Shown here: positions 39,683 to 49,226 of the stretch, in pieces | How positions within the stretch are numbered: the stretch's first letter is position 1 | Layout of the letters: the number at the start of each line of letters is the position of its first letter | Source: Methylotenera sp. | GTDB lineage: Bacteria; Pseudomonadota; Gammaproteobacteria; Burkholderiales; Methylophilaceae | Reading direction: 5' to 3' | Assembly: GCA_036567185.1 (NCBI GenBank) | Contig: DATCVB010000026.1 | Location: 4,935-68,934, forward strand | DNA: 64,000 bases | Translations under genes and position numbers: made by a program | The notes under the pieces: model-generated | Database searches by the model: none | Seen by the model: only the letters and a program-made list of their open reading frames with translations | Told to the model about the DNA's origin: nothing

Positions 39683-40597
39683 TTAAACTTTGCCTAACAG
39701 CAAATATTCCATCAATGCTTTTTGTGTGTGCAAGCGATTCTCTGCTTCATCCCACACTACGCTTTGTTTACCGTCAATCACATCTGCAGAAACTTCTTCA
39801 CCACGGTGTGCCGGCAGGCAATGCATAAATAGTGCATCTTTGTCAGCAACACGCATCATGTCCGCATCAACCTGCCAATCGGCAAAGTCGCGCATACGTT
39901 CTTCATTCTCGGCTTCAAAGCCCATGCTGGTCCAAACATCTGTCGTGACCAGATCGGCACCTTCTGCCGCATCCATCGGGTCAGCAAATACTTCGAAGTG
40001 ATCAGTACCATACAAGTTGGCACGTTCAGGCTCGACTTCATAACCGGGCGGCGTTGACACATGCACGTTGAAATCCAGCACTTCAGCAGCCTGCAGCCAT
40101 GTATTGCACACATTGTTGCTGTCACCGATCCAGGCTACGGTTTTACCTTTGATTGAACCGCGATGTTCAATATAGGTAAAAATATCCGCCATGATCTGGC
40201 ACGGATGATATTCATTGGTTAAACCATTAATCACCGGCACACGTGAATTAGCAGCAAAGCGCTCAATGATTTCCTGTTCAAAAGTACGGATCATCACGAT
40301 GTCGCTCATGCGTGAAATCACCTGTGCCGCATCTTCAACCGGCTCGCCGCGACCTAACTGTGAATCGCGCGTATTCAGGTAAATAGCTGAACCGCCCAAT
40401 TGCTGCATACCCGCCTCAAATGAAAGACGTGTACGCGTGCTGGCCTTTTCAAAAATCATGACCAACGTACGGTCCTGAAGCGGCCAGTACTGCTGATAAG
40501 CCTTGAATTGATTTTTAATCCAGTGTGCACGCTGAAACACGTGCTCAAACTCGTCACGATTTAAATCATTGAATTGCAGAAAATGTTTTATTGCCAT
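39683..40597 (-). CDS. argF: Ornithine carbamoyltransferase
   Basis: STRTR, HPCQ, DVWTSMG, HCLP. Confidence 0.96.
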   Translation of the reverse strand: MAIKHFLQFNDLNRDEFEHVFQRAHWIKNQFKAYQQYWPLQDRTLVMIFEKASTRTRLSFEAGMQQLGGSAIYLNTRDSQLGRGEPVEDAAQVISRMSDIVMIRTFEQEIIERFAANSRVPVINGLTNEYHPCQIMADIFTYIEHRGSIKGKTVAWIGDSNNVCNTWLQAAEVLDFNVHVSTPPGYEVEPERANLYGTDHFEVFADPMDAAEGADLVTTDVWTSMGFEAENEERMRDFADWQVDADMMRVADKDALFMHCLPAHRGEEVSADVIDGKQSVVWDEAENRLHTQKALMEYLLLGKV

Positions 40598-40681
40598 AAT
40601 GGTTTGGAAGCCAGAGTTTTATTGAAACGGGCTTCTTCAGTTAATTAATTTGTTGTTAAATTGTTTATATTGTTAAGTCTG

Positions 40682-41863
40682 TTATTTTGCCAGAAAAGCT
40701 TTGATCAAGGCAGAAAGGCGGCTCACCAGCTCTCTCGCTTCAGTTTCATTCATGATTAGTGGCGGCAGTAAACGCACTACTTTATCAGCAGTAACGTTAA
40801 TCAATAACTTATCTACCAACGCCATTTTCACCAGATCACCGCATGGACGATCCAGCTCAATGCCGATCATGAGGCCTGCGTTACGCACGGTCACTACACC
40901 GGCAGTATCTTTAAATTCAGCCGCAAAACCTTCGCGGATCAGATTACCTATTTTCTCGGCATTCTCGCGGATGCCTTCTTCTTCGATAATGTTAAGCGTC
41001 GCTAAACCAGCAGCGGTTGCCAAAGGATTGCCGCCAAAAGTTGAGCCATGCTTGCCATAGGTAAATACATCAGCCGCTATACCGCTTGCTACACAGGCAC
41101 CGATAGGCACACCTGAACCCAGCCCTTTTGCCAGCGTCATTACATCCGGCTTGATATTGGTGTGCTGAAAAGCAAACCAGGTACCGGTACGGCCGATACC
41201 GGTCTGCACTTCGTCCAGCATGAGCAGCCAGCCATGCGCATCAGCGATTTGACGCAGCGTTTCAAGGTAAACACTGGCTTCTTTAGGAATATTGATACCG
41301 CCCTCGCCCTGCACCGGCTCTACCAGAATTGCCACAATATTAGGATGATGTTCGGCGACATGTTTAACCGCCTCAATATCATCATATGGCACACGGATAA
41401 AGCCGCCTACTAGCGGCTCAAAACCTGCCTGTACTTTGTAATTACCGGTAGCTGACAATGTCGCTAGTGTACGGCCGTGGAACGATTGCTCCATCACTAT
41501 AATTTCAGGATTCTCGATACCCTTATTGTGCCCATAGAGACGTGCAAGTTTGATTGCAGCCTCATTAGCCTCGCAACCAGAGTTGCAGAAAAACACTTTA
41601 TCCATCCCTGCAATTTCACAGACTTTATCTGCCAAAGCTGACTGCTCGGCAATCTGATAAATATTGGAAACATGAATCAGTCGGGCAGCCTGCTCGCTAA
41701 TCGCTTTTACCAGCTTAGGATGTGCATGGCCCAAGCCGTTCACTGCAACGCCAGCCAGGGCATCCAGATACTTTTCACCTTTATCATCCCACAGCCAGAC
41801 ACCCTCGCCTTTGGCAAAGGTAACAGGTTGACGCATATAGGTATTCATCAAATGATCAGACAT
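40682..41863 (-). CDS. argD: Acetylornithine aminotransferase
   Basis: SFHGRT, EPVQGEGG, DEVQTG, LAKGLG, HGSTFGGNP; upstream of argF-argG. Confidence 0.93.
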   Translation of the reverse strand: MSDHLMNTYMRQPVTFAKGEGVWLWDDKGEKYLDALAGVAVNGLGHAHPKLVKAISEQAARLIHVSNIYQIAEQSALADKVCEIAGMDKVFFCNSGCEANEAAIKLARLYGHNKGIENPEIIVMEQSFHGRTLATLSATGNYKVQAGFEPLVGGFIRVPYDDIEAVKHVAEHHPNIVAILVEPVQGEGGINIPKEASVYLETLRQIADAHGWLLMLDEVQTGIGRTGTWFAFQHTNIKPDVMTLAKGLGSGVPIGACVASGIAADVFTYGKHGSTFGGNPLATAAGLATLNIIEEEGIRENAEKIGNLIREGFAAEFKDTAGVVTVRNAGLMIGIELDRPCGDLVKMALVDKLLINVTADKVVRLLPPLIMNETEARELVSRLSALIKAFLAK

Positions 41864-42184
41864 TTTTTACTCGATACTTAAATTGTTAGACTTTTTATTC
41901 AATTTTTATTTTTTTACAGTGCTTGCAAAGACAACCTTTAAAACAACGTAAGCAAATTATTCCATCGATCATGAATGATCATGATCGAATTGCTTCAATT
42001 TTGGTTATAATTTGAAAGGAGTGGAAACTCTCATGAGAGTAGCTTAAAACCTCGTTTTTGGCAAGTTTTACCACCGAATTCAAGCTGAAAATTATTTAAT
42101 AATCACTTGATAAAAATAGTAATTTGGGCAAAAATCGCGATCCTTGAAATATAACTGCCAATCATTTTAGCCAATCATTTTATT

Positions 42185-43300
42185 ATGGCATCTTTGAATC
42201 TGACCTCCCAACAAGACGAACAGTCGCAACTGCCTGTTGCATGGTATGTTGACCCGAGTGTTTATGCACTCGAGCAGCAATACATGTTTACCCAGGCGCC
42301 ACACTACTTGGGCCATGAGCTCATGGTACCCAATGTGAGCGACTATCATGTGCTTGACTGGACCGGCGAAGCCAAAGCGCTTATTCATGGCAAAGATGGC
42401 ATCAGCGCTATCAGCAATATATGCCGCCACAGACAAGCCATTATGCTAAAAGGCCACGGGCAAACCAAAAACATCGTATGCCCCCTGCATCGCTGGACTT
42501 ATGATCTGGAAGGCAAGCTACTGGGCGCGCCGCATTTTAACCAGAACCCATGCCTGCATCTTGATAAAAAGACCTTACAGAACTGGCAAGGGCTGTTATT
42601 TGACAGTAAGCGCGATATTGCACAAACCCTGTCGAAACTCGGCTGCAAGCAGGACTTTGATTTCACCGGCTACATGCTGGATCGTGTTGCCGTAGAAGAA
42701 TACAGCTTTAACTGGAAAACCTTTATCGAGGTTTATCTGGAAGATTATCACGTTGGCCCTTTCCACCCTGGGCTCAATCAGTTTGTGAACTGCGACGCGC
42801 TTAACTGGGAGTTTGGCGCAGATTACAGCGTACAAACCGTAGGCTTCAAGCAATCGCTGACTCGCGCAGGCTCGCCTGCTTACCAACAATGGCAAGAGCA
42901 GGTTGCCAACTATCAGGGCGACAAACCGCCGAAATACGGCGCTATCTGGATGGTGTATTACCCGTTCCTGATGATTGAGTGGTATCCGAATGTATTGGTG
43001 GTTTCGCACATTATTCCACGCGGTGTAGACGCATGCACTAATGTGGTTGAATTCTACTACCCGGAAGATATCACCCTATTCGAGCGTGAATATGTAGCCG
43101 CACAACAGGCGGCGTATGAAGAAACTGCAGTAGAAGATAACGACATCTGCCAGCGCATGCACGATGGTCGCTGTGCCTTGCATGCGCAAGGTGTTGATGA
43201 GCGCGGCCCATATCAGCACCCGATGGAAACCGGCATGGAACACTTCCATAAATGGTACCGTTCGCAGTTACAGCAACACCTAAACCTAAACCAACGGTAA
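42185..43300 (+). CDS. Rieske non-heme iron oxygenase alpha subunit
   Basis: Rieske ligands CRH...CPLH; mononuclear Fe motif EDYHVGPFH; C-terminal ED; substrate not assignable. Confidence 0.88.
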   Translation: MASLNLTSQQDEQSQLPVAWYVDPSVYALEQQYMFTQAPHYLGHELMVPNVSDYHVLDWTGEAKALIHGKDGISAISNICRHRQAIMLKGHGQTKNIVCPLHRWTYDLEGKLLGAPHFNQNPCLHLDKKTLQNWQGLLFDSKRDIAQTLSKLGCKQDFDFTGYMLDRVAVEEYSFNWKTFIEVYLEDYHVGPFHPGLNQFVNCDALNWEFGADYSVQTVGFKQSLTRAGSPAYQQWQEQVANYQGDKPPKYGAIWMVYYPFLMIEWYPNVLVVSHIIPRGVDACTNVVEFYYPEDITLFEREYVAAQQAAYEETAVEDNDICQRMHDGRCALHAQGVDERGPYQHPMETGMEHFHKWYRSQLQQHLNLNQR

Positions 43301-43352
43301 ATCCTTCTGACGCCTACTATCCGCATCTCTTATTGCTTCAACATGGACAATT

Positions 43353-43414
43353 CTGGATTGCCACGCTTCGCTCGCAATGACATCATCGTAAGGTCTCAGG
43401 CCGTGGCGATCCAG
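43353..43414. repeat. GTCATTGCGAG-type palindromic repeat (RPE-like), partly degenerate
   Basis: CTGGATTGCCACGCTTCGCTCGCAATGAC (nearly identical to 49621-49649) followed by a degenerate opposite arm ending CGTGGCGATCCAG. Confidence 0.75.
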
Positions 43415-43454
43415 CACCAAAGGCCCAAAATAAACCATTCGTACCAAATCTATA

Positions 43455-44354
43455 GTGAAACTTCCAGATTTTAAAGTTTCACGTATTAGATTACCCAATC
43501 TGGGCAGTCTGTGGATGCTGGTGGCAGCACTCGGTTTTGCCATCATGGGTGCGCTGGTTAAAGTCGGCTCGCAGAAATTCAGTGCAGCAGAACTGGTGTT
43601 CTACCGCTCTCTGTTCGGCTTGCTAAGCATCTGGCTGTTCATAATTATGCAAAAATTACCGCTGGCAACCCCATATATGGGCAAGCACATGTCACGCGGA
43701 CTGGTAGGCTTTACTGCACTTGTACTGTTTTTCTATGCTATCGCGCATCTACCTCTAGCAACAGCAATTACCCTCAACTACACCTCACCTTTATTTCTGG
43801 CACTCTTCATGCCGTTTCTGCTTCATGAAAAACCCAGAAAAATCCTGCTGCTTGCATTGGTGATAGGCTTCATTGGTGTAAGTCTATTGCTGAAGCCTAC
43901 TATTGATCAGGATAGCTGGTTTGCCGGTTTGTTAGGCCTACTCTCCGGCATCGGCGCTGCACTCGCTTATGTGCACGTAAAACAACTTGGCAAGGTGAAC
44001 GAGCCAGACTGGCGCACCGTATTTTATTTCACGCTGGTCTCCACGATTGGCGCTGGCATATGGATGCTATTTGACTCGTTTCAGCATATTACCTGGCAGG
44101 ATTTACTGATACTGTCCGGCTTAGGTTTATCCGCCACCATCGCACAACTGGCACTGACGCGTGCCTACCGTACTGGTGACACGCTGGTGGTAGCAAGCCT
44201 CGCCTATGTCACTATTCTGTTAGCCAGTTTATTTGGCATATTGTGGTGGAATGAGCATTTAAGTTTTGACGCTTGGCTTGCAATAGGCCTCATTATCCTT
44301 AGTGGCATGATTAGCATCCGCAGTTCGCAACCCGCACAAGCAGATGCTAAGTAA
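43455..44354 (+). CDS. DMT/EamA-family transporter
   Basis: About 10 TM segments, ELVFYRS, PLATAITLNYTSPLF; start uncertain. Confidence 0.88.
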   Translation: MKLPDFKVSRIRLPNLGSLWMLVAALGFAIMGALVKVGSQKFSAAELVFYRSLFGLLSIWLFIIMQKLPLATPYMGKHMSRGLVGFTALVLFFYAIAHLPLATAITLNYTSPLFLALFMPFLLHEKPRKILLLALVIGFIGVSLLLKPTIDQDSWFAGLLGLLSGIGAALAYVHVKQLGKVNEPDWRTVFYFTLVSTIGAGIWMLFDSFQHITWQDLLILSGLGLSATIAQLALTRAYRTGDTLVVASLAYVTILLASLFGILWWNEHLSFDAWLAIGLIILSGMISIRSSQPAQADAK

Positions 44355-44494
44355 CTATCAGATCATTAGCAAAAGTCCTATGCGGGTCAAAGACTTAGCC
44401 TTAAATTAACTCTGGACAATTATTTTATTCAGCAGTAATCTAACCCTCCCGCGTTAAAAACGTAACTCCGATAAAGTTTTATTTATCTCTAAAA

Positions 44495-45118
44495 TTGATG
44501 AAGCTATCGCGATTAAATCACAGGCTTAAATACATAGCGCTAATGATACTGGCAGCGCTATTATTAACAGGCTGCTTTGGTGGCACGGTCACGCAGCAGC
44601 TGGCGAGATCGTTGTTCATGCATGGTGCCGACAAAGTTACTGCTGCTGCAGTTGACGCGCATGAACGCAAAGAAAAACATGCAGCTCAATATCTGGTAAC
44701 AAAAAATGCAGAACTCGATGATTATCAGATCGCTTTTTTACGCTCTGGCTTTGAAGTTATCCAGCCGCAAATAGAAACACTTCCGCAGACACTCGCGCAG
44801 ACTGATTCAACATCTCATACATTACAAGCTAGCAGGTTGGTAAATGTAGAAGTGTGGAGCCTGCTAATCGGTGATGAAAAACAAAAGCTGCTTGAAAAAT
44901 CGAGATTACAAGGCTCTCAGCTCATTCCACCTAAAGAAGAATGGCCATCATGGCATGTCGCAATAGGCGCTGCCGATGATTTCAAAATCAGCAACAACTC
45001 CGAACCCATCCTGTTCCTGATTCCACCAGATATCGGAAAAATGCGTAGTGGCAGCAAAGCATTAGTCGAGTTGCCTAATAATGGCGAATTAAGTATTGCC
45101 CGCTACGCACTAAACTAG
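44495..45118 (+). CDS. Hypothetical lipoprotein
   Basis: Basic N-terminus, hydrophobic stretch and lipobox LLTG-C. Confidence 0.65.
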   Translation: MMKLSRLNHRLKYIALMILAALLLTGCFGGTVTQQLARSLFMHGADKVTAAAVDAHERKEKHAAQYLVTKNAELDDYQIAFLRSGFEVIQPQIETLPQTLAQTDSTSHTLQASRLVNVEVWSLLIGDEKQKLLEKSRLQGSQLIPPKEEWPSWHVAIGAADDFKISNNSEPILFLIPPDIGKMRSGSKALVELPNNGELSIARYALN

Positions 45119-45242
45119 ATACTTAAGCTAGCTTATGGGCATGGCTGGCGGCATTTGCCTACATGCATCGGCTTTTAGAATATCTACAAGCGACCACATG
45201 AAGCGCTTAACATGCTATAACTAAACGCTAACTATTAAAGAC

Positions 45243-45881
45243 TTAGGCATCCAGTAAGCCGCTGCGCATCGCAATCAGTGCGATTTCAGCTGAATTGTTA
45301 GCGTTCAGCTTCTGCTTGATATTGTATAAATGTGTACCCACAGTGCGCGGGCTCAGAAATAGCGTTTCAGCAATTTCATTCGTGGTTTTACCTTTAGCCA
45401 GTGCCATGAACACTTCAAATTCGCGCGGTGACAGAACATCCACCGGGTTCTGATCACCGGAAAGCTGCTGAATCGCCATTTGCTGCGCAACACTTGCTTC
45501 AAGATACTTCTTGCCGGAAGCTACAGTACGAATCGCTTTGATCAGCTCTTCGGCTGCGCTGCGCTTGGTTAAGTAACCCATAGCCCCTGCATTTAAAACA
45601 CGCTTCGGGTGTACCGAATCTTCATGTGCTGACAGTACGAGAATCTTCGCTGTATTATCCTTGGCCAGAATACGTTCTATTGCCTCTAAACCGCCAATAC
45701 CGGGCATGGTAATGTCCATCACCACCACATCAGGTTTATGCTCGACATAACGCTGAATCGATTGCTCACCGCTTTCTGCTTCAGCGACCACTTTGATATC
45801 AGTGTCAGACTCCAGCAACATTTTGAATCCCATACGCACTACTGCATGGTCATCCACTAGCATCACGTTAATCTGGCTCAT
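45243..45881 (-). CDS. NarL/LuxR-family response regulator (MxcE/MxaB-like by context)
   Basis: REC domain (LVDDH, MDITMP, K), LuxR HTH LSPREFEV..LSPRTV. Confidence 0.9.
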   Translation of the reverse strand: MSQINVMLVDDHAVVRMGFKMLLESDTDIKVVAEAESGEQSIQRYVEHKPDVVVMDITMPGIGGLEAIERILAKDNTAKILVLSAHEDSVHPKRVLNAGAMGYLTKRSAAEELIKAIRTVASGKKYLEASVAQQMAIQQLSGDQNPVDVLSPREFEVFMALAKGKTTNEIAETLFLSPRTVGTHLYNIKQKLNANNSAEIALIAMRSGLLDA

Positions 45882-45922
45882 ATTGCGCACTCTTTTCTTT
45901 TTTTAGTTATATCTTTGAAATT

Positions 45923-47293
45923 CTATTGGTTCGGATTACTGTTTGGCACAGTGATATTAATTTTGGTACCTCGATTAGGTGCGGCAATGATATTAAAAGT
46001 TCCATTCAAGGCCTGCACACGTTCACGCATACCCAGCAAACCAAAATGTGTAGTCTGATCAACGGCGTCTACGTTCATGCCAATACCGTTATCCTCTATA
46101 CTCAGTTGCAACTCCCCAGCTGCAGATTTTGTAAGCCGAATATCAATTTTTGTGGCCTGCGCGTATTTGAATGCGTTATTAAGCGACTCCTGCACAATCC
46201 GGTAAAGATTAATGCTGACGGTTTCACCCAGACTCTGTAAGTTTCCTGATTCCAGATTCGGCGATAAATACAATTGAATTTTAATGTCAGGATTTTGCGC
46301 CTGATAATTAGATACGGCATCTTTCAGCGTCTCAGCCAGACCAAGATTATCCATTGAGCCAGGCCGCAATTGGCGCACAATATTGTGCATACCGTCATAT
46401 ATCTGGTTTGCTGCAGATACGATAATCTGAGCGCTAGATGCAATCTCAGGCATACCCGCAGTTGTACTATTAGCTTTAGCTTTGTTTGCTATGCCTACCG
46501 CAAAAGTCTTAATAGCAGTTACATACTGACCAAGCTCATCATGCAACTCACGCGCCAGGCTTCTGCGTTCTTCTTCAATATGTTTTTGAATCAGGAAAGT
46601 CAGTTGACGATTCTCTTCCAGCTGGCGCTCTGCTGTCAGCGATTCTGCCATGCGATTAAGGCTATGGCCGATGCGGTCAAATTCCGGCAATCCAAGCTTA
46701 GGCAAGCGCGTTGTCAGATCACCTTGCTCAATACTGCTAATTGCGGCCAGAATCCGGTTGATCGGCCTGAGCGAATGGCTAAGCAACAAGTACACCATGA
46801 TATTAAGCAATATAAAGAACCCCAGCCCGACCAACATGAGCTGACGAAACCCGGACCAAGCTTCACGGATAGAACCGGCGGAGCTTGAGCTAATAACCAA
46901 GGTGCCATAGCGTATCTTACGCTGTACTGTTTCCACCTTGGGCTGCACCAGTTTGACAAACCACTCCGGAGGCACCACATCGCTTTTAAAAGTTGATTCC
47001 GGTGAACTATAAATCTCACGCCCTTCATAATCATAAAGCTCTATATGACTGCTGCGCACGTAACCCAAAGACCCTAAAAAACTCTGCAGAACAATATGCG
47101 TAGGCCCCATTTCCGGGTTTAATGCCGAACTGATAATTACCGTATCCAGCAACTGTACTGTCACACGGCTCGCTGCTTCTACGCGCTCGCGAATCGATAC
47201 ACGGGTATCATTCACCAGAATACTGCCAACCACCAGTATAAAAGCCAGTGAAAGCAAAGTAATCAGCAGATTTAAGCGGAAACGTAAACTCAT
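45923..47293 (-). CDS. HisKA_3 sensor histidine kinase with HAMP (MxcQ/MoxY-like by context)
   Basis: Two TM segments, HAMP, ERRSLARELHDELGQ, QESLNNAFKYA, DNGIG, GLLGMRER. Confidence 0.9.
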   Translation of the reverse strand: MSLRFRLNLLITLLSLAFILVVGSILVNDTRVSIRERVEAASRVTVQLLDTVIISSALNPEMGPTHIVLQSFLGSLGYVRSSHIELYDYEGREIYSSPESTFKSDVVPPEWFVKLVQPKVETVQRKIRYGTLVISSSSAGSIREAWSGFRQLMLVGLGFFILLNIMVYLLLSHSLRPINRILAAISSIEQGDLTTRLPKLGLPEFDRIGHSLNRMAESLTAERQLEENRQLTFLIQKHIEEERRSLARELHDELGQYVTAIKTFAVGIANKAKANSTTAGMPEIASSAQIIVSAANQIYDGMHNIVRQLRPGSMDNLGLAETLKDAVSNYQAQNPDIKIQLYLSPNLESGNLQSLGETVSINLYRIVQESLNNAFKYAQATKIDIRLTKSAAGELQLSIEDNGIGMNVDAVDQTTHFGLLGMRERVQALNGTFNIIAAPNRGTKINITVPNSNPNQ

Positions 47294-47295
47294 AA

Positions 47296-47439
47296 GGGCG
47301 CTTCTATAAATGCGTTATTTGGGATGCAGTGCAAGGCGCACGGAACGGAGAATCCGAGATAGTATGTAGTATACAGCGAGGTTGCGAGTACCGCGCAACG
47401 CAGCAATGCGCCCAAAGAATGTAGTTTATAGAAGTGCCC
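47296..47439 (+). mobile_element. Miniature palindromic element (MITE-like), copy 2, with GGGC(A/G)CTTCTATAAA terminal repeats and ATAA target duplication
   Basis: 144 bp; roughly 28-bp imperfect terminal inverted repeats; ATAA at 47292-47295 and 47440-47443; core shared with 35712-35912. Confidence 0.82.
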
Positions 47440-47515
47440 ATAAGTTGAAATCAAAATGTGATGTGTGTAGAGTTTAACAACTTTAATCAATAATCAACAT
47501 AGTGTTATTCATGAT

Positions 47516-48139
47516 ATGAATTCCTCATTTATCCTAACTGCCGCTAGCGCCATCCAGAATGCAATCCTGCAGCACGAATCCGAGCTGGAATCGTTAGACC
47601 GTGCCATCGGCGATGGTGATCACTACATCAACATGAAGCGCGGCGCGCAGGTGATTGTAGAAATGCAGCCTGAGTTAGCCGCACTGACACCCGATGCCGC
47701 ACTCAACAAAATCGGCATGAAGCTGCTGAGCACTATCGGCGGCGCTTCGGGGCCTTTGCTTGCAAGTTTTTTCATGGGCATGGCAAAAGTCATCAAAGAA
47801 AAAGGTGGCACATCCATAACAACCTATGCCAGCGCATTCGCCTCCGGCGTCGATATGATACGCCAGCGCGGCAAGGCTGACTTGGGTGAAAAAACCATGC
47901 TGGATGTACTCATCCCGGTAGCGAATCAATTTACCGTAATGGCAGCACAAAACGCCAGCGCTAAAGAAATCAGCCTCGCACTCAAACAAACTGCCGAACA
48001 GGGTATGCTTTCAACCAAAAACTTGATTGCGACTAAAGGTCGCGCAGCAGGCTTGGGTGAACGCGCCATCGGGCATATTGACCCCGGCGCCAAGAGCTGC
48101 CAGCTGATGATAGAGGCTGTTTGTAATTTAATACAATAA
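47516..48139 (+). CDS. dhaL: Dihydroxyacetone kinase ADP-binding subunit
   Basis: LDRAIGDGDH, GGASGPL, GEKTMLD, ATKGRA, DPGA. Confidence 0.93.
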   Translation: MNSSFILTAASAIQNAILQHESELESLDRAIGDGDHYINMKRGAQVIVEMQPELAALTPDAALNKIGMKLLSTIGGASGPLLASFFMGMAKVIKEKGGTSITTYASAFASGVDMIRQRGKADLGEKTMLDVLIPVANQFTVMAAQNASAKEISLALKQTAEQGMLSTKNLIATKGRAAGLGERAIGHIDPGAKSCQLMIEAVCNLIQ

Positions 48140-48151
48140 GAAAGGCTCATC

Positions 48152-49141
48152 ATGAAAAAATTCATCAACAAAACAGACGACATCCTCACCGAAAGCTTAA
48201 GCGGTTTTGCCCTTGCACATCATGATTTAGTGAGCCTTAATCTAGACCCGAACTATCTCACCCGCAAACATAAAACTGCCAACAAGGTCGCCATAATTTC
48301 AGGCGGCGGCTCCGGGCATGAGCCATTGCACGCCGGCTATATCGGTTACGGCATGCTCGATGCAGCCTGTCCCGGTCATGTATTCACCTCGCCGACACCT
48401 GACCAGATGCTGGCTGCGGCAGAAGCAGTACACGCCGACAAAGGCATTTTATTTATTGTTAAAAATTATGCCGGCGATGTCATGAACTTTGAAATGGCGG
48501 CTGAAATGCTACCATTTGAATCAGCGACTGTTCTCACCAGTGACGACTGCGCCGTGATCAACAGTACCTATACCACTGGCCGCCGCGGTGTTGCCGGCAC
48601 CGTGATTGTAGAAAAGTGTGTAGGCAGCCTGGCTGAAACCGGGGCTGACCTGCAAGCGTGCAAAGCACTGGGTGAAAAAGTCAACAGCCGCACCGCCAGC
48701 ATGGGCGTAGCGCTCACCAGTTGTACGGTACCCGCTGCCGGTCGCCCTACTTTTGATATTGATGATACTGAACTTGAAATGGGCGTAGGCATTCACGGTG
48801 AACCCGGCCGCAGACGTGAAACCATGCGTGAAGCGGATGCGATTGTGACCGATGTTGTGAATGCAATTCTGGATGCACTGAAACCCGCTGCAGGCAGCGA
48901 AGCGCTGTTACTGATTAACGGCTTTGGCGCTACGCCATTAATGGAGCTTTACCTGATTTACAATACTGCAGCCAGATTATTCAATGAGCACGGTATCAAA
49001 ATTTCACGCTCACTGGTGGGCAATTACACCACAGCACTTGATATGGCAGGCACTTCTGTTACCCTGTGTCTGCTTGACGACGAACTCAAACAACATTGGG
49101 ATAGTCCGGTGCATACTGCTGCATTAAGGTGGGGTGCTTAG
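48152..49141 (+). CDS. dhaK: Dihydroxyacetone kinase substrate-binding subunit
   Basis: SGGGSGHEP, KNYAGDVMNF, RRGVAG, GIHGEPG. Confidence 0.95.
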   Translation: MKKFINKTDDILTESLSGFALAHHDLVSLNLDPNYLTRKHKTANKVAIISGGGSGHEPLHAGYIGYGMLDAACPGHVFTSPTPDQMLAAAEAVHADKGILFIVKNYAGDVMNFEMAAEMLPFESATVLTSDDCAVINSTYTTGRRGVAGTVIVEKCVGSLAETGADLQACKALGEKVNSRTASMGVALTSCTVPAAGRPTFDIDDTELEMGVGIHGEPGRRRETMREADAIVTDVVNAILDALKPAAGSEALLLINGFGATPLMELYLIYNTAARLFNEHGIKISRSLVGNYTTALDMAGTSVTLCLLDDELKQHWDSPVHTAALRWGA

Positions 49142-49226
49142 TCATTTAATAATCGAGAAAATCATTTGCCGAATCTGCTTGCGTGCGCTGTAACACCTAT
49201 AAATTTTAAAGGTTTAAATCGTTAAT

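Noticed and set aside
43286..43546. 86-aa minus-strand ORF
   Set aside because: It spans a palindromic repeat (VIASEAWQS is repeat-derived) and overlaps genes on the opposite strand
47290..47490. 66-aa ORF upstream of the sensor kinase
   Set aside because: It reads through the 144-bp MITE, has no SD and no protein-like features; incidental translation cannot be fully excluded
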